From Clostridiales bacterium (GTDB lineage Bacteria; Bacillota; Clostridia; Christensenellales; Aristaeellaceae), in assembly GCA_012513645.1 (NCBI GenBank), contig JAAZBU010000050.1:1-58073 (forward strand): DNA of 58,073 nucleotides, written 5' to 3'. Shown here piece after piece: positions 1-10,049 of the stretch. The stretch's first letter is position 1, and each line of letters opens with the position of its first letter. A program made the position numbers and the translations under genes. Below the pieces are notes generated by a model. The model had not been told where the DNA came from. It worked only from the letters and a program-made list of their open reading frames with translations, and searched no databases.

Positions 1-375
1 GTGTTCTCGGTGCCGGTGATGGCGGCGGCCGGTGTCATCGCCATGGTCGTCAGCTGCTTTACGCCCCTGATCAAGGTCATCTACGGCATCCCGGTGGCCG
101 TCATCGGCGGGCTGGAGATCTACCTGTTCGGCGCCATCGCGGCGCAGGGCATTGCCATCCTCATTGACAAGAAGACCTCCATGTTCGACTCCAAGAACAT
201 CGCGGTCATCGCCACCATCATGACCTTCGGCCTGGGCGTCAACTACGCCTTCGGCGGCAACATCAACTTCTTCGGCCTCAACGTGCCCGCCGTGGCCGGC
301 GCCGCCATCCTGGGCATCATCCTCAACTTCATCCTGTCCATCGGCGAAAAGAAGGAAACCGCTGTGCAGCAGTAA
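1..375 (+). CDS. NCS2-family nucleobase (uracil/xanthine-type) permease, C-terminal fragment; the 5' end lies outside the window
   Basis: The frame is open from base 1 to TAA 373-375. It encodes hydrophobic TM segments (..VAVIGGLEIYLFGAIAAQGIAILID..) typical of the last helices of PyrP/UraA-like permeases. A strong hairpin follows. Confidence 0.7.
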   Translation: MFSVPVMAAAGVIAMVVSCFTPLIKVIYGIPVAVIGGLEIYLFGAIAAQGIAILIDKKTSMFDSKNIAVIATIMTFGLGVNYAFGGNINFFGLNVPAVAGAAILGIILNFILSIGEKKETAVQQ

Positions 376-391
376 CCTGCCTATTTAATCA

Positions 392-428
392 GCAATGCCC
401 CGCGGCCCATGCCGCGGGGCATTGCTTT
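392..428 (+). terminator. Intrinsic terminator after the permease gene
   Basis: 14-bp perfect stem GCAATGCCCCGCGG / CCGCGGGGCATTGC with a 6-nt loop, followed by TTT. Confidence 0.6.
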
Positions 429-451
429 GCCCATCTAGCGCGTGATAAGAT
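422..451 (+). promoter_or_regulatory. Candidate corA promoter
   Basis: -35 TTGCTT (422-427), 18-nt spacer, extended -10 TGaTAAGAT (443-451). An AAAGGA RBS lies upstream of ATG 485. Confidence 0.35.
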
Positions 452-484
452 GCGGTTACAATAAACCCGAAAGGATGTACTCCC

Positions 485-1438
485 ATGTCAAAGCCGGACG
501 CGCTGTATTACCGGATTACGGACGGGAAGATCGAGACCGTCGCTGAAGCCGCGCTGGCCGCGCCCGGGCCTCGGCTGTGCTACATCGGCCTGGAGGATGC
601 CGAGCGCCTCGGCGCGGTGCTGGGCTTCAACGCCCAGCGGCTGACCGACTACGCGGCGCAGGAGCCCCGCCTGCGCAACAGCATCGACGTGTACGACGAC
701 CTGAGCGCCGGCCTGATCAGCATCATCAATGTGGCCGACATCGAGGGGCCGATGGACCGCATCGGCTTTGTCATCACCAAGGAGAGCTTTGTGATGATCA
801 AGATAGAGGACCTGGACGACAGCGTGCGCGAGATGTTCCTGCAGAACGTCGCCCGCTTTCAAAATAGTGCTACGATGGAGAAGTTTATCTACGGCATTCT
901 GGAGCGCCTGCTCAGCGGCAGCCGCCGGATGCTGGAGGACATGGAGCGCGACATCATGGACATCGAACAGCGCCTCACCGACGACACGGCCGACCGCACG
1001 CTCAACCGGGTGATCTATGCCTACCGCAAGCGGCTGTCCACCGCGCGCAACTACTACGAGCAGCTGATCGACATCGGCGAGGAGCTGATGGAGAACGAAA
1101 ACGACCTGTTCAGCGAGCAGGGGCTGTGGTATTTCCGCATCTTTGTGGGCAAGGCTGAGCGCATTTCAGGCAGCATCCAGCAGATGATCGAAAACACGGT
1201 GCACCTGCGCGAATCGCTGGAGGCCGTCATCAACTACAACATCAACCGCATCATGAAGGTGTTCACGGTGGTGACCTCCATCTTTCTGCCGTTGACGCTG
1301 ATTGTGGGCTGGTATGGCATGAACTTCAAAATGATGCCCGAGCTGGAGTGGGAGTTCGGCTACCTGTTCGTCATCGGGCTCAGCGTGCTGGTGGTGATCG
1401 CCAACATCGTCTTCTTCCGCAAAAAGAAACTGATGTAA
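485..1438 (+). CDS. corA: CorA-family magnesium/cobalt transporter
   Basis: 317-aa ORF with two C-terminal TM helices carrying the CorA signature YGMNF (..GWYGMNFKMMPELEW..). Confidence 0.85.
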   Translation: MSKPDALYYRITDGKIETVAEAALAAPGPRLCYIGLEDAERLGAVLGFNAQRLTDYAAQEPRLRNSIDVYDDLSAGLISIINVADIEGPMDRIGFVITKESFVMIKIEDLDDSVREMFLQNVARFQNSATMEKFIYGILERLLSGSRRMLEDMERDIMDIEQRLTDDTADRTLNRVIYAYRKRLSTARNYYEQLIDIGEELMENENDLFSEQGLWYFRIFVGKAERISGSIQQMIENTVHLRESLEAVINYNINRIMKVFTVVTSIFLPLTLIVGWYGMNFKMMPELEWEFGYLFVIGLSVLVVIANIVFFRKKKLM

Positions 1439-1454
1439 GTTTTTTTGTTGATCA

Positions 1455-2105
1455 TCAATTTGAAACGATCGCAGTCGCTATCGCCCGCCGCAGCGCAGCG
1501 ATGTCTCCGTCAAACACATGCCCCTGCATGCCCAGGGCTTCCGCGGCCCGGATGTTGCGCTCGAGGTCATCGATGAAGAAGCATTCCTGCGGGCGCAGGG
1601 AAAACGTTTCAAACAGGTGCCTGTATATATCCGGGTTGGGCTTGACCATCCTGACGTCGGCCGAGATCAGCGTGCCGTCAAAATACCGGGAGGCGGAAAT
1701 GCGCGGCCAATACTGGTGCTGCCGCCTGCTGGCGTTGGATAGCAGATAGAGGCCGTATCCCTTCCCCTTCAGCTCGCCCACCAGTTGGCTCATCCCCGCC
1801 ACTTCCATCAGTGGCTCATCCCATGCGGTGACCAGGCGAATCATGGGGTCGTGAAGGTGCTTTGGCAGCACATCTTTCAAATGACTGCACAGCTCCTCCT
1901 CGCTGAGGCTGCCGTCATCCAGATACGCCCACTCCTCGGCGTCAAACACGGCCCGCTTCAGCAGCGCCCCATCCTGCTCACTGACATTCAGCCTGCCAAT
2001 GAAGACATCCGGCCTGAACTCAATCAGCACATTGCCCATGTCAAAAATAAAATGCTTGATCACGTGTTTCTCCGATGGTTCTATTGAACGCTCCGCAGAG
2101 CGCAT
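1455..2105 (-). CDS. HAD-superfamily hydrolase
   Basis: Track ORF 1455..2192 trimmed to the ATG at 2105, which lies 8 nt after the stop of the upstream gene. HAD motif I is FIFDMGNVLI and a late FIDD motif is present. Confidence 0.75.
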   Translation of the reverse strand: MRSAERSIEPSEKHVIKHFIFDMGNVLIEFRPDVFIGRLNVSEQDGALLKRAVFDAEEWAYLDDGSLSEEELCSHLKDVLPKHLHDPMIRLVTAWDEPLMEVAGMSQLVGELKGKGYGLYLLSNASRRQHQYWPRISASRYFDGTLISADVRMVKPNPDIYRHLFETFSLRPQECFFIDDLERNIRAAEALGMQGHVFDGDIAALRRAIATAIVSN

Positions 2106-2115
2106 GGCCGCACCG

Positions 2116-2655
2116 TTACGCGGGGTCGGCAGGATGCTGCCCGCGGGTAAACTGCTGGGTAAGCATGGAGCCGCAGTAGCGGCAGGGGACATGGCTGCCC
2201 TCCAACACGCTGTCGGGGGCGCCGCAGTCCGGGCATTTGACGGCGATTCTGCGCGCGGGGGCAGGCGGCGGAGGCGGCGGGGCCTTGGGCGCCGGTGCCT
2301 CCTCCTGGGGCCAGGCGGTCACATCGGGCAGCACGCCCATCTTCTTCATATCCTTGAGCCTGCGCCGCACCTCCCGCTCGGGCCGGCTGAGCAGGGCGGC
2401 CACCCGGGCGCTGTCCGGGCCGCCCGCCTGCTGCAAGGCGCGCAGGTACGCCGGGTACTGGCCCAGCAGGCGCTTGCGCCTGAAGGCAACTGCCCCGCGC
2501 CAGAAAAACAGCGCTGCCACCAGCAGGCTGCTGCTCGCCACATCCCTGGCGGTTGTGCTGACATACACAAAGAAGGCCCCTAACAGGCCGTAAGCAATCA
2601 TCTTGCGGCGATAGCGCCGGCGCAAGGAGGCGGTTGACACGGGCAAAAATGTCAT
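2116..2655 (-). CDS. Hypothetical membrane protein with a C-terminal zinc ribbon
   Basis: Track ORF 2116..2718 trimmed to ATG 2655, which is preceded by GGAAAGGA. It has two hydrophobic helices, a PPPPPP linker and a CPDCG...CRYCG motif. I recognise no family. Confidence 0.5.
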   Translation of the reverse strand: MTFLPVSTASLRRRYRRKMIAYGLLGAFFVYVSTTARDVASSSLLVAALFFWRGAVAFRRKRLLGQYPAYLRALQQAGGPDSARVAALLSRPEREVRRRLKDMKKMGVLPDVTAWPQEEAPAPKAPPPPPPAPARRIAVKCPDCGAPDSVLEGSHVPCRYCGSMLTQQFTRGQHPADPA

Positions 2656-2778
2656 GCTGACAATCCTTTCCCCCAACATTTCTGCTGAAATACTATCACG
2701 CGCAGCCGCTGGACGCAACCTGGCCGGCGTCGGCCGGCCACACGCCCCTTTAGCACCCGGATAATTCGTGCAAAGGGG

Positions 2779-2808
2779 TTGCGCACCGGGCGCGGATTAT
2801 GGTAAAAT
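2779..2808 (+). promoter_or_regulatory. Candidate rplS promoter
   Basis: -35 TTGCGC (2779-2784), 18-nt spacer, extended -10 TGgTAAAAT ending at 2808. This leaves a ~75-nt leader before ATG 2886. Confidence 0.55.
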
Positions 2809-2885
2809 GTGCTTTGTGACAACGGGCGGTCCTCTGCGGGCATATGCGCCGCGCACGAACGTCTACGATGGAAGGAGGAAACCCC

Positions 2886-3239
2886 ATGAGCGAATTGATT
2901 CGTTCTATTGAAGAGGCTCAGGTGCGCGACGATCGGCCGGAGTTCGGCATCGGCGACACCGTGCGCGTTTTCGTCAAGGTTGTCGAAGGCAGCCGCGAGC
3001 GCCTGCAGGCCTTTGAAGGCACCGTCATCGCCCGCCGCAACGGCTCCTGCCGCGAGACATTTACCGTGCGCCGCATGAGCTACGGCATCGGCGTGGAGCG
3101 CACGTTCCCGCTGCACTCCCCCCGTGTAGACCGCATCGAAGTGGTACGCAAGGGCAAGGTGCGCCGGGCCAAGCTGTACTACCTGCGCGAGCGCGAAGGC
3201 AAGGCGGCCAAAATCAAGGATGCCGGCTACCGCGCGTAA
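2886..3239 (+). CDS. rplS: 50S ribosomal protein L19
   Basis: [44 protein letters not shown] is the classic L19 sequence. ATG 2886 follows GAAGGAGGAA. Confidence 0.95.
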   Translation: MSELIRSIEEAQVRDDRPEFGIGDTVRVFVKVVEGSRERLQAFEGTVIARRNGSCRETFTVRRMSYGIGVERTFPLHSPRVDRIEVVRKGKVRRAKLYYLREREGKAAKIKDAGYRA

Positions 3240-3256
3240 TCCCGTACATGCCATCA

Positions 3257-3280
3257 AAAGTGCCATCCGGCACTTTTTTA
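3257..3280 (+). terminator. Intrinsic terminator of rplS
   Basis: Stem AAAGTGCC / GGCACTTT with a 4-nt loop, running into TTTTTT. Confidence 0.8.
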
Positions 3281-3288
3281 TTTTCCGC

Positions 3289-3319
3289 TTGACCCTGCCG
3301 CTGCGTAAGGGATTATGAT
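3289..3319 (+). promoter_or_regulatory. MerR-type promoter with a 19-bp spacer and internal dyad
   Basis: -35 TTGACC (3289-3294), 19-nt spacer containing CCCT..N11..AGGG, -10 TATGAT (3314-3319). The over-long spacer is the hallmark of MerR-family-controlled promoters. Confidence 0.5.
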
Positions 3320-3338
3320 GAAGGCGAGGTGACGAAAC

Positions 3339-4067
3339 ATGATGTCTGTGGGAGAGGCGGCCAAGGTATGCGGCGTCAGCGTGCGCACGCTGCGCCACTA
3401 TGATGCCATCGGCCTCGTCAAGCCCAGCGCGCTGTCCGAAGCCGGGTATCGTCTGTACGATGCCGCGGCCCTGGCCAGGCTGCAAACCGTGCTGTTTTAT
3501 CGGGAGCTGGGCTTTCCCCTTGCGGACATCGGCCGCATGCTGAGCAACCCGGGCTTCGACCTCAACGCCAGCCTGCGAGACCACCGCCGCGTGCTTCTGA
3601 TGCAGCGGCGGCGCCTGGATGAGCTGATCGACCTGGTCGATACGACCATGAAAGGAGAAACCATGAAACCCATCAAAACAACCCAGGTTGATATCGACAA
3701 GGCTAAAGAGCTGTATGCCGCCGAGGCCAAGGAGCGCTGGGGGCATACCCCCGAATGGCAGGCTGCCAACAGCAAAAATCTATCGCCGCAGGCAGAGCTG
3801 ACCGCCGCCCAGGAGGCGGACGCCATCTTTGCCGCCTTTGCAGGCAAGGTGGGCACATCGCCGGATGACCCCGCCGTGCAGGCGCTGGTTAAGCAATGGC
3901 AGGATCATATCAGCGCCCACCACTACCCATGCAGCAAGCAGATATTGGCAAGCCTGGGCGAGATGTATGTGGCCGATGACCGCTTCACCGCGACCCTGGA
4001 CCGCTTCGGCCTCGGCACGGCACAGCTGATGAGTGATGCCATCCGGGTCTACTGCCAAAGCAAATAA
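3339..4067 (+). CDS. MerR-family transcriptional regulator, TipAL-like (N-terminal HTH plus C-terminal TipAS-type effector domain)
   Basis: N-terminus MSVGEAAKVCGVSVRTLRHYDAIGLVKPS is a MerR HTH. It is followed by a coiled-coil and a ~130-aa helical C-terminal domain. A GAGGTG RBS lies 7 nt upstream of the ATG. Confidence 0.85.
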   Translation: MMSVGEAAKVCGVSVRTLRHYDAIGLVKPSALSEAGYRLYDAAALARLQTVLFYRELGFPLADIGRMLSNPGFDLNASLRDHRRVLLMQRRRLDELIDLVDTTMKGETMKPIKTTQVDIDKAKELYAAEAKERWGHTPEWQAANSKNLSPQAELTAAQEADAIFAAFAGKVGTSPDDPAVQALVKQWQDHISAHHYPCSKQILASLGEMYVADDRFTATLDRFGLGTAQLMSDAIRVYCQSK

Positions 4068-4087
4068 ACCTTCCCTGTCAAAGAAAC

Positions 4088-4129
4088 TGCCGGGCGTCCC
4101 CTCTTGTGGGATGCCCGGCATTATTTATT
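4088..4129. terminator. Bidirectional terminator between the convergent merR-like and HAD-IB genes
   Basis: 8-bp stem TGCCGGGC / GCCCGGCA with a 17-nt loop, flanked by T-rich runs on both strands. Confidence 0.55.
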
Positions 4130-4772
4130 GATTCCGCCAGTCCTCTACCGGCAGCCCCTCGCCGGTCCGGCGCATGGCGGGCTTTGGGTTGACCATCACG
4201 GGGTGGCCGGTCAACCGCATCACGGGCAGGTCGTGGGCGCTGTCGCCATAGGCATGGCTGGCCGCCCAGTCCGGCTCAAAGGGCTGTTCCCCGGCCCAGG
4301 CCAGCACGCGGCGCACCTTCTCCCCATCCCGGGTGTTTCGGGTCACGCGGCCCCGCTCATCGGTGGGCGTGGCCAGCACAGCGTCCACGGGCAGCATCTC
4401 GGCCAGGTAGCGCAGATAGATATCCGGCGAGGCGGACACAATGAGCACCACATCCCCGGCGTCACGATGTGCGCGCAGGCGGTCCACCGCCTGGGGATAC
4501 AGGCGGGGCAGCAGCTGCTCCCGGCAGAAGGCGCGGCCGAAATCGGCCTGTTGCGCGGCAGTCATCCGCGCCAGAAAGGCAAGCGAGCGGCTCTTCCCCT
4601 CCTCCGGGGTGATGCGGCCGCGTACACCCCGCCAGGCGTTGAGGGCCTGGCCGATCAGGGCGAAGGGCGACAGCAGGCCGCGCTGCACCGCACAGCGGAT
4701 GTAGCGCACGATGCTGTCCCCCGGGATCATGGTGCCGTCAAAGTCGAAAATGGCGATCGGTCGCTTGTCCAT
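4125..4772 (-). CDS. HAD-IB family hydrolase (phosphoserine-phosphatase-like)
   Basis: Motif I is AIFDFDGTMIPGDS. The cap-domain length and the C-terminal GDSAHD motif fit HAD subfamily IB. Confidence 0.75.
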   Translation of the reverse strand: MDKRPIAIFDFDGTMIPGDSIVRYIRCAVQRGLLSPFALIGQALNAWRGVRGRITPEEGKSRSLAFLARMTAAQQADFGRAFCREQLLPRLYPQAVDRLRAHRDAGDVVLIVSASPDIYLRYLAEMLPVDAVLATPTDERGRVTRNTRDGEKVRRVLAWAGEQPFEPDWAASHAYGDSAHDLPVMRLTGHPVMVNPKPAMRRTGEGLPVEDWRNQ

Positions 4773-4869
4773 GCCGCCTCCTCATTTACATTGCGTGCTC
4801 CTATTGTAGCAGATGAACGGCGCGGCGGCCATGTGCTATAATGAACAAAAAACAGCATGGAGGGCACAA

Positions 4870-6369
4870 GTGGACACACAGGCATTGGTCCGGCAGTTCA
4901 AGGAGCTGCAGCAGCGCATGGGGGTATATCACTATGCGATGGGCATCATCAACTACGACGGCGAGACGGCCGCGCCCAGGCAGTCGGCCCAGGTAAGGGG
5001 CGAGGTGATGGGCGCGCTGTCGCTGATCAGCTACGAGCTGTTTATCAACCCGCAGGTGGAGGCCCTGCTGGACGCGCTGGAAGAGCAGCGCGGCAGCCTG
5101 GACCGGCAGACCGCGCGCGAGCTGCACCTGCTGCGCAAGGAGTACATGGAGACCACCTGCATCCCCAAGGAGGAGTTTGCGGCCTATGTGCAGCTGTGCA
5201 GCGATGCCGGCAGCATCTGGCGCGAGGCCCGGGAGAAGAGCGACTATCCCCTGTTCATGCCCTATTTGCAGCAGCTGGTGGATACAAGCAAGCGCTTCGC
5301 CGCCTACTGCAAGCCCGGCATGCAGCCCTATAATGTCATGCTGGATAAGTATGAGGAGGGCGTCACAACCGCCTACCTGGACGGCTACTTCGCCACGCTG
5401 CGCCACGAACTGGTGCCGCTGATACAGGCCATCGCCGAGAGGCCGCAGCCGGATGCCCCGTTCCTGCAGGGGGTATTCCCCGCCGACAGCCAGCGGCGCC
5501 TGGCGCACCGGCTGATGGCACTGCTGCATGTTGACCCCCAGCGCTGCACCTTGGGCGAAACGGCGCACCCGTTTACCAGCAGCTTCACCAAGTGGGACAC
5601 CCGCATCACCACCCGCTACGAAGAGGGCGACCTGCTCAGCTCGCTATACAGCGTGATCCACGAGGCCGGGCACGGCCTGTACGAGATGGGCATCGACGAT
5701 GCCCTGCAGCGCGGCCCATTGGCCAGCGGCTCCTCCATGGGCATGCACGAGAGCCAGTCGCGCCTGTACGAAAACATGATCGGCCGCGGCCGCGCCTTTC
5801 AGGATCTGCTGCTGCCGCGGCTTAAGGACGAGTATCCGGCTGCCTTCAACCAGGCGGACGGGCAGGCGCTGTACCGGGCCGTCAACCGGGTCATCCCCGG
5901 CCTGATCCGCACCGAGGCGGATGAATTGACCTACTCCATGCACATCATGGTGCGCTACGAGCTGGAGCGCGCGCTGTTTGACGGCAGCCTGGCCGTGAAG
6001 GACCTGCCCGACGCCTGGAACGCCCGCTACCGGGAATACCTGGGCGTGGCGGTGCCCGGCGATGCCCAGGGCGTTTTGCAGGATATCCACTGGTCGGGCG
6101 GCATGTTCGGCTACTTCCCCAGCTACTCCATCGGCTCGGCCTACGCGGCGCAGATCTACGCAGCGATGAACCGCCAGATAGACGTGGAGGGCAGCATTGC
6201 CGCGGGCAATATCAGCGCCATCAATGCCTGGCTGGGCGACAATATCCACCGCCACGGCATGATGTACCCACCGGCGCAGCTGCTGGAAATGGCCTGCGGC
6301 CAGCCGTTTGATGTGACCTTCTACACGGATTATTTGAAAAATAAGTATACGGCGTTATACGGACTGTAA
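4870..6369 (+). CDS. M32-family (Taq-type) metallocarboxypeptidase
   Basis: Contains HEAGHGLYE (HExxH), HESQS and IRTEADELTY motifs. The start is placed at GTG 4870, 5 nt after GGAGGG. The track ORF begins at 4813, so the start is uncertain. Confidence 0.85.
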   Translation: MDTQALVRQFKELQQRMGVYHYAMGIINYDGETAAPRQSAQVRGEVMGALSLISYELFINPQVEALLDALEEQRGSLDRQTARELHLLRKEYMETTCIPKEEFAAYVQLCSDAGSIWREAREKSDYPLFMPYLQQLVDTSKRFAAYCKPGMQPYNVMLDKYEEGVTTAYLDGYFATLRHELVPLIQAIAERPQPDAPFLQGVFPADSQRRLAHRLMALLHVDPQRCTLGETAHPFTSSFTKWDTRITTRYEEGDLLSSLYSVIHEAGHGLYEMGIDDALQRGPLASGSSMGMHESQSRLYENMIGRGRAFQDLLLPRLKDEYPAAFNQADGQALYRAVNRVIPGLIRTEADELTYSMHIMVRYELERALFDGSLAVKDLPDAWNARYREYLGVAVPGDAQGVLQDIHWSGGMFGYFPSYSIGSAYAAQIYAAMNRQIDVEGSIAAGNISAINAWLGDNIHRHGMMYPPAQLLEMACGQPFDVTFYTDYLKNKYTALYGL

Positions 6370-6383
6370 CACGGCCATCACGC

Positions 6384-6417
6384 GAAGGCGCCCCGGCACA
6401 ATCGCCGGGGCGCCTTC
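6384..6417. terminator. GC-rich hairpin between the convergent carboxypeptidase and gap genes
   Basis: 14-bp perfect stem GAAGGCGCCCCGGC / GCCGGGGCGCCTTC with a 6-nt loop. There is no clear U-tract on either strand. Confidence 0.5.
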
Positions 6418-6439
6418 ATATCTGAATAGGGTGAATGAA

Positions 6440-7582
<1,143 letters not shown>

Positions 7583-7584
7583 TC

Positions 7585-7632
7585 AAAAGCACAGCTCTGT
7601 GCAGCGAAAAGCCGCCCGGTGAGGGCGGCTTT
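7585..7632 (-). terminator. Tandem intrinsic terminators after rpsU
   Basis: The first is a 10-bp stem AAAGCCGCCC / GGGCGGCTTT followed by TTTT on the minus strand. The second is a small hairpin, GCACA-GAGC-TGTGC, also followed by TTTT. Confidence 0.75.
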
Positions 7633-7642
7633 CAGGTGTGAA

Positions 7643-7816
7643 TCAATACTTGCGCTTGCGGGCAGCTTCCATTTTCTTCTTGCGCTTGACGCTGGGCTTT
7701 TCGTAGTGCTCGCGCTTGCGCACCTCTGCCAGGACGCCCGACCGGGCGCATTGACGCTTGAAGCGCTTCAGCGCGCTTTCCAGCGTTTCATTTTCCTTCA
7801 CTCGTACTTCAGACAC
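7643..7816 (-). CDS. rpsU: 30S ribosomal protein S21
   Basis: Not in the ORF track because it is under 60 aa. My minus-strand translation is (GTG)[56 protein letters not shown]. The GTG start lies 7 nt after GGGAGGG. Confidence 0.9.
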   Translation of the reverse strand: MSEVRVKENETLESALKRFKRQCARSGVLAEVRKREHYEKPSVKRKKKMEAARKRKY

Positions 7817-7886
7817 TCATATCCCTCCCTTCGCACATCTCGCCTTGGCCCACGCCGCTTGCACGGCGGATGGCGACCGTAAAACA

Positions 7887-7916
7887 ATTATACCCCGATA
7901 AAGCATGATGCGTCAA
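7887..7916 (-). promoter_or_regulatory. Candidate rpsU promoter
   Basis: Minus strand: TTGACG, 18-nt spacer, TATAAT. Confidence 0.55.
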
Positions 7917-7969
7917 CTGCTTTTTTCAAATGGCCCGGGCCATCCTGCACGATTTCCCGTCCAGCCACA

Positions 7970-8851
7970 CTACACAAACAGGATAGCGCTGCCCAGCACG
8001 CAAATGACCGCGCCGGCGATGTCGCGCGCGTGCAGCTGCTCCTTGAGCACAAAGCGGGAGATGGGCAAAATCAGCACCGGCATGGTGCTCATTAGGGTGG
8101 AGGCCACAGCCGCCTTGGTCATCTGCAGGGCAGCCATGGACAATACCACACCCAGCAGCGTGCCGATCACCGCGCCCGACAGGATGGTCAGCCGCCCATT
8201 GGGCGAGCGGAACACCGCGCCAAGGTCCTGCCAGCGCCGGCCTATCGCCAGCACCGCGATGATGCCCACCACCCCGCCGATCAGGCGGATCTGCGTTGCC
8301 CCCAGGGGGTCCACCTGGCCCAGCCCCATCTTGCTGGTCACATTGCTGAGTGCCTGGGCCAGCGCGGCCAGAAAGGCAAACAGCAGCCCGCGCCCCAGCG
8401 CAGGCGGGGCCTTCCCCTCCCCCTTGCCGCCAATCACCAGCATGATGCCGCCGATGACCAGCAGCATGCCAACGACCTTATACAGGCTGAGCGTTTCGCC
8501 AAACAGCAGGTAGCTCAGCACCGCCGTCAGCACCGGTGAAAAGGAAAAGACCAGCAGCGTCAGCCGCGCGCCGATGCTGAGAAACCCGCTGACCAGCAGG
8601 CTGTCGCCCAAAGAAAAGCCAACCACGCCCGACAGCAGCAGCCAAAGCCATGCCGATGGGTCGGCCGCGGTCGGGTACAAGCTGCCGTGCAGCAAAATAT
8701 GCACCGCTGTAATCAGCACAAGCCCCAGAAAAATGCGCCCGGCATTCAGCCCCTGGCTGCTCAGGCCGACGCCGCGCCGCTGCATAATCACGCTGTTGAT
8801 GGTCCACATCGCCGCGGCGCCCACCGCCGCCAGCGCACCCCATTGCTCCAT
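7970..8851 (-). CDS. EamA/DMT-family transporter
   Basis: 293 aa with about 10 hydrophobic helices in two EamA-like halves. A GGAGGG RBS lies 7 nt upstream. Confidence 0.8.
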   Translation of the reverse strand: MEQWGALAAVGAAAMWTINSVIMQRRGVGLSSQGLNAGRIFLGLVLITAVHILLHGSLYPTAADPSAWLWLLLSGVVGFSLGDSLLVSGFLSIGARLTLLVFSFSPVLTAVLSYLLFGETLSLYKVVGMLLVIGGIMLVIGGKGEGKAPPALGRGLLFAFLAALAQALSNVTSKMGLGQVDPLGATQIRLIGGVVGIIAVLAIGRRWQDLGAVFRSPNGRLTILSGAVIGTLLGVVLSMAALQMTKAAVASTLMSTMPVLILPISRFVLKEQLHARDIAGAVICVLGSAILFV

Positions 8852-8967
8852 ATCATCCCTCCGCCCGTATCATAGCCGATTGATGTGCGCTGTCAATCAA
8901 AATATGCGAGTGATGCCGCTTTGGGTGAGAAACCAGCATGTACGCCGGGAGTTCAGTACCATTCTCT

Positions 8968-8996
8968 TTGACATCCGGGCGCTTTCATGCTATGTT
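8968..8996 (+). promoter_or_regulatory. Candidate ansA promoter
   Basis: TTGACA, 17-nt spacer ending in TGc, then TATGTT. Confidence 0.55.
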
Positions 8997-9031
8997 TTTG
9001 CCAGCGGAATACACATACAAAGGAGCACTCC

Positions 9032-10039
9032 ATGCTGCCCAGAATCATCCTGCTCACCACCGGCGGGACCATCGCCAGCCTGCAAACCGAGTCCGGCCTG
9101 GCGCCGGCCATGACCGCCCAGGATATCCTGCGCCTGTGCCCCGGTCTGGCAGGCCAGGCGCAGATCGAGGCCAGGGACGTCTTCTCGCTGGACAGCAGCA
9201 ACATACAGCCCGAGGAGTGGCAGCAGCTGGCCCGCGCCGTGTGCGACGCGGCGCTGCACTGCGACGGCATTGTCATCACCCACGGCACCGATACCATGGC
9301 CTACTCGGCCTCGGCGCTCAGCTTCATGCTGCAGGGCCTCAACATCCCGGTGGTGTTTACAGGCAGCCAGCTGCCGCTCAACCACCCGCTGAGCGACGGC
9401 CCGGGCAACCTGAGCGAGGCCTTTACCGTGGCCACCCACGCGGCGCCCGGAGTGTATGTGGCCTTTCACCACAAGGTGATCTACGGCACCCGCGCGGTCA
9501 AGCTGCGCACGCTGGGCTTTGATGCCTTTGACAGCATCAATGCGCCCGCGGTGGGCTACTTCGATGCCGACGGCCTACACATGCAGCATGCCGTTGCCCC
9601 CTGCGGGCAGGTGTCGGTGTCCATCCCGCCTGAGGAGATGCTGCTGATCGAGCCCAGGGTGTTCCTGCTCAAGCTGATGCCGGGCACCGATCCTGAGATA
9701 TTCGACCACATCATCCGCGCGGGCTACCAGGGCCTGGTGATCGAGGCCTTTGGCCTGGGCGGGCTGCACTACATCCGGCGCAACCTGCTGGACTGCCTGG
9801 GCGCGCTGAGCGAACAGCGTATTTTGACGCTGGTCACCACCCAATGCCTGTACGAAAAGGCCGACTTCTCCATCTACGAAGTCGGCCGGCATGTGCTGCA
9901 AAGCAGCGTATGGGGCGCCCATGACATGACCACCGAGGCGGCGCTCACCAAGCTGATGTGGGTGCTGGGCGACCGAGACAAGCGCCTGCCGCTGATCGGC
10001 CGCTGCCTGGCGCATGAGATGATAGAAGAGGCATTTTAA
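9032..10039 (+). CDS. ansA: Type I L-asparaginase
   Basis: Contains LTTGGTIAS (catalytic Thr motif) and HGTDTM. ATG 9032 follows AAAGGAG. Confidence 0.85.
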   Translation: MLPRIILLTTGGTIASLQTESGLAPAMTAQDILRLCPGLAGQAQIEARDVFSLDSSNIQPEEWQQLARAVCDAALHCDGIVITHGTDTMAYSASALSFMLQGLNIPVVFTGSQLPLNHPLSDGPGNLSEAFTVATHAAPGVYVAFHHKVIYGTRAVKLRTLGFDAFDSINAPAVGYFDADGLHMQHAVAPCGQVSVSIPPEEMLLIEPRVFLLKLMPGTDPEIFDHIIRAGYQGLVIEAFGLGGLHYIRRNLLDCLGALSEQRILTLVTTQCLYEKADFSIYEVGRHVLQSSVWGAHDMTTEAALTKLMWVLGDRDKRLPLIGRCLAHEMIEEAF

Positions 10040-10049
10040 CTTACATCGT

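Noticed and set aside
376-484. Possible M-box (Mg) riboswitch upstream of corA.
   Set aside because: Only ~110 nt are available, most of it occupied by the upstream terminator and a promoter. No M-box core sequences are present.
2809-2885. Possible ribosomal L19 leader structure upstream of rplS.
   Set aside because: I cannot recall the motif well enough to verify it by eye and saw only weak pairing. An Rfam scan would decide.
8878-8898. Inverted repeat GATTGA-N9-TCAATC in the EamA/ansA divergent region, considered as an operator.
   Set aside because: It is only a 6-bp arm with no nearby regulator gene and no second copy in the window. This is too weak to call.
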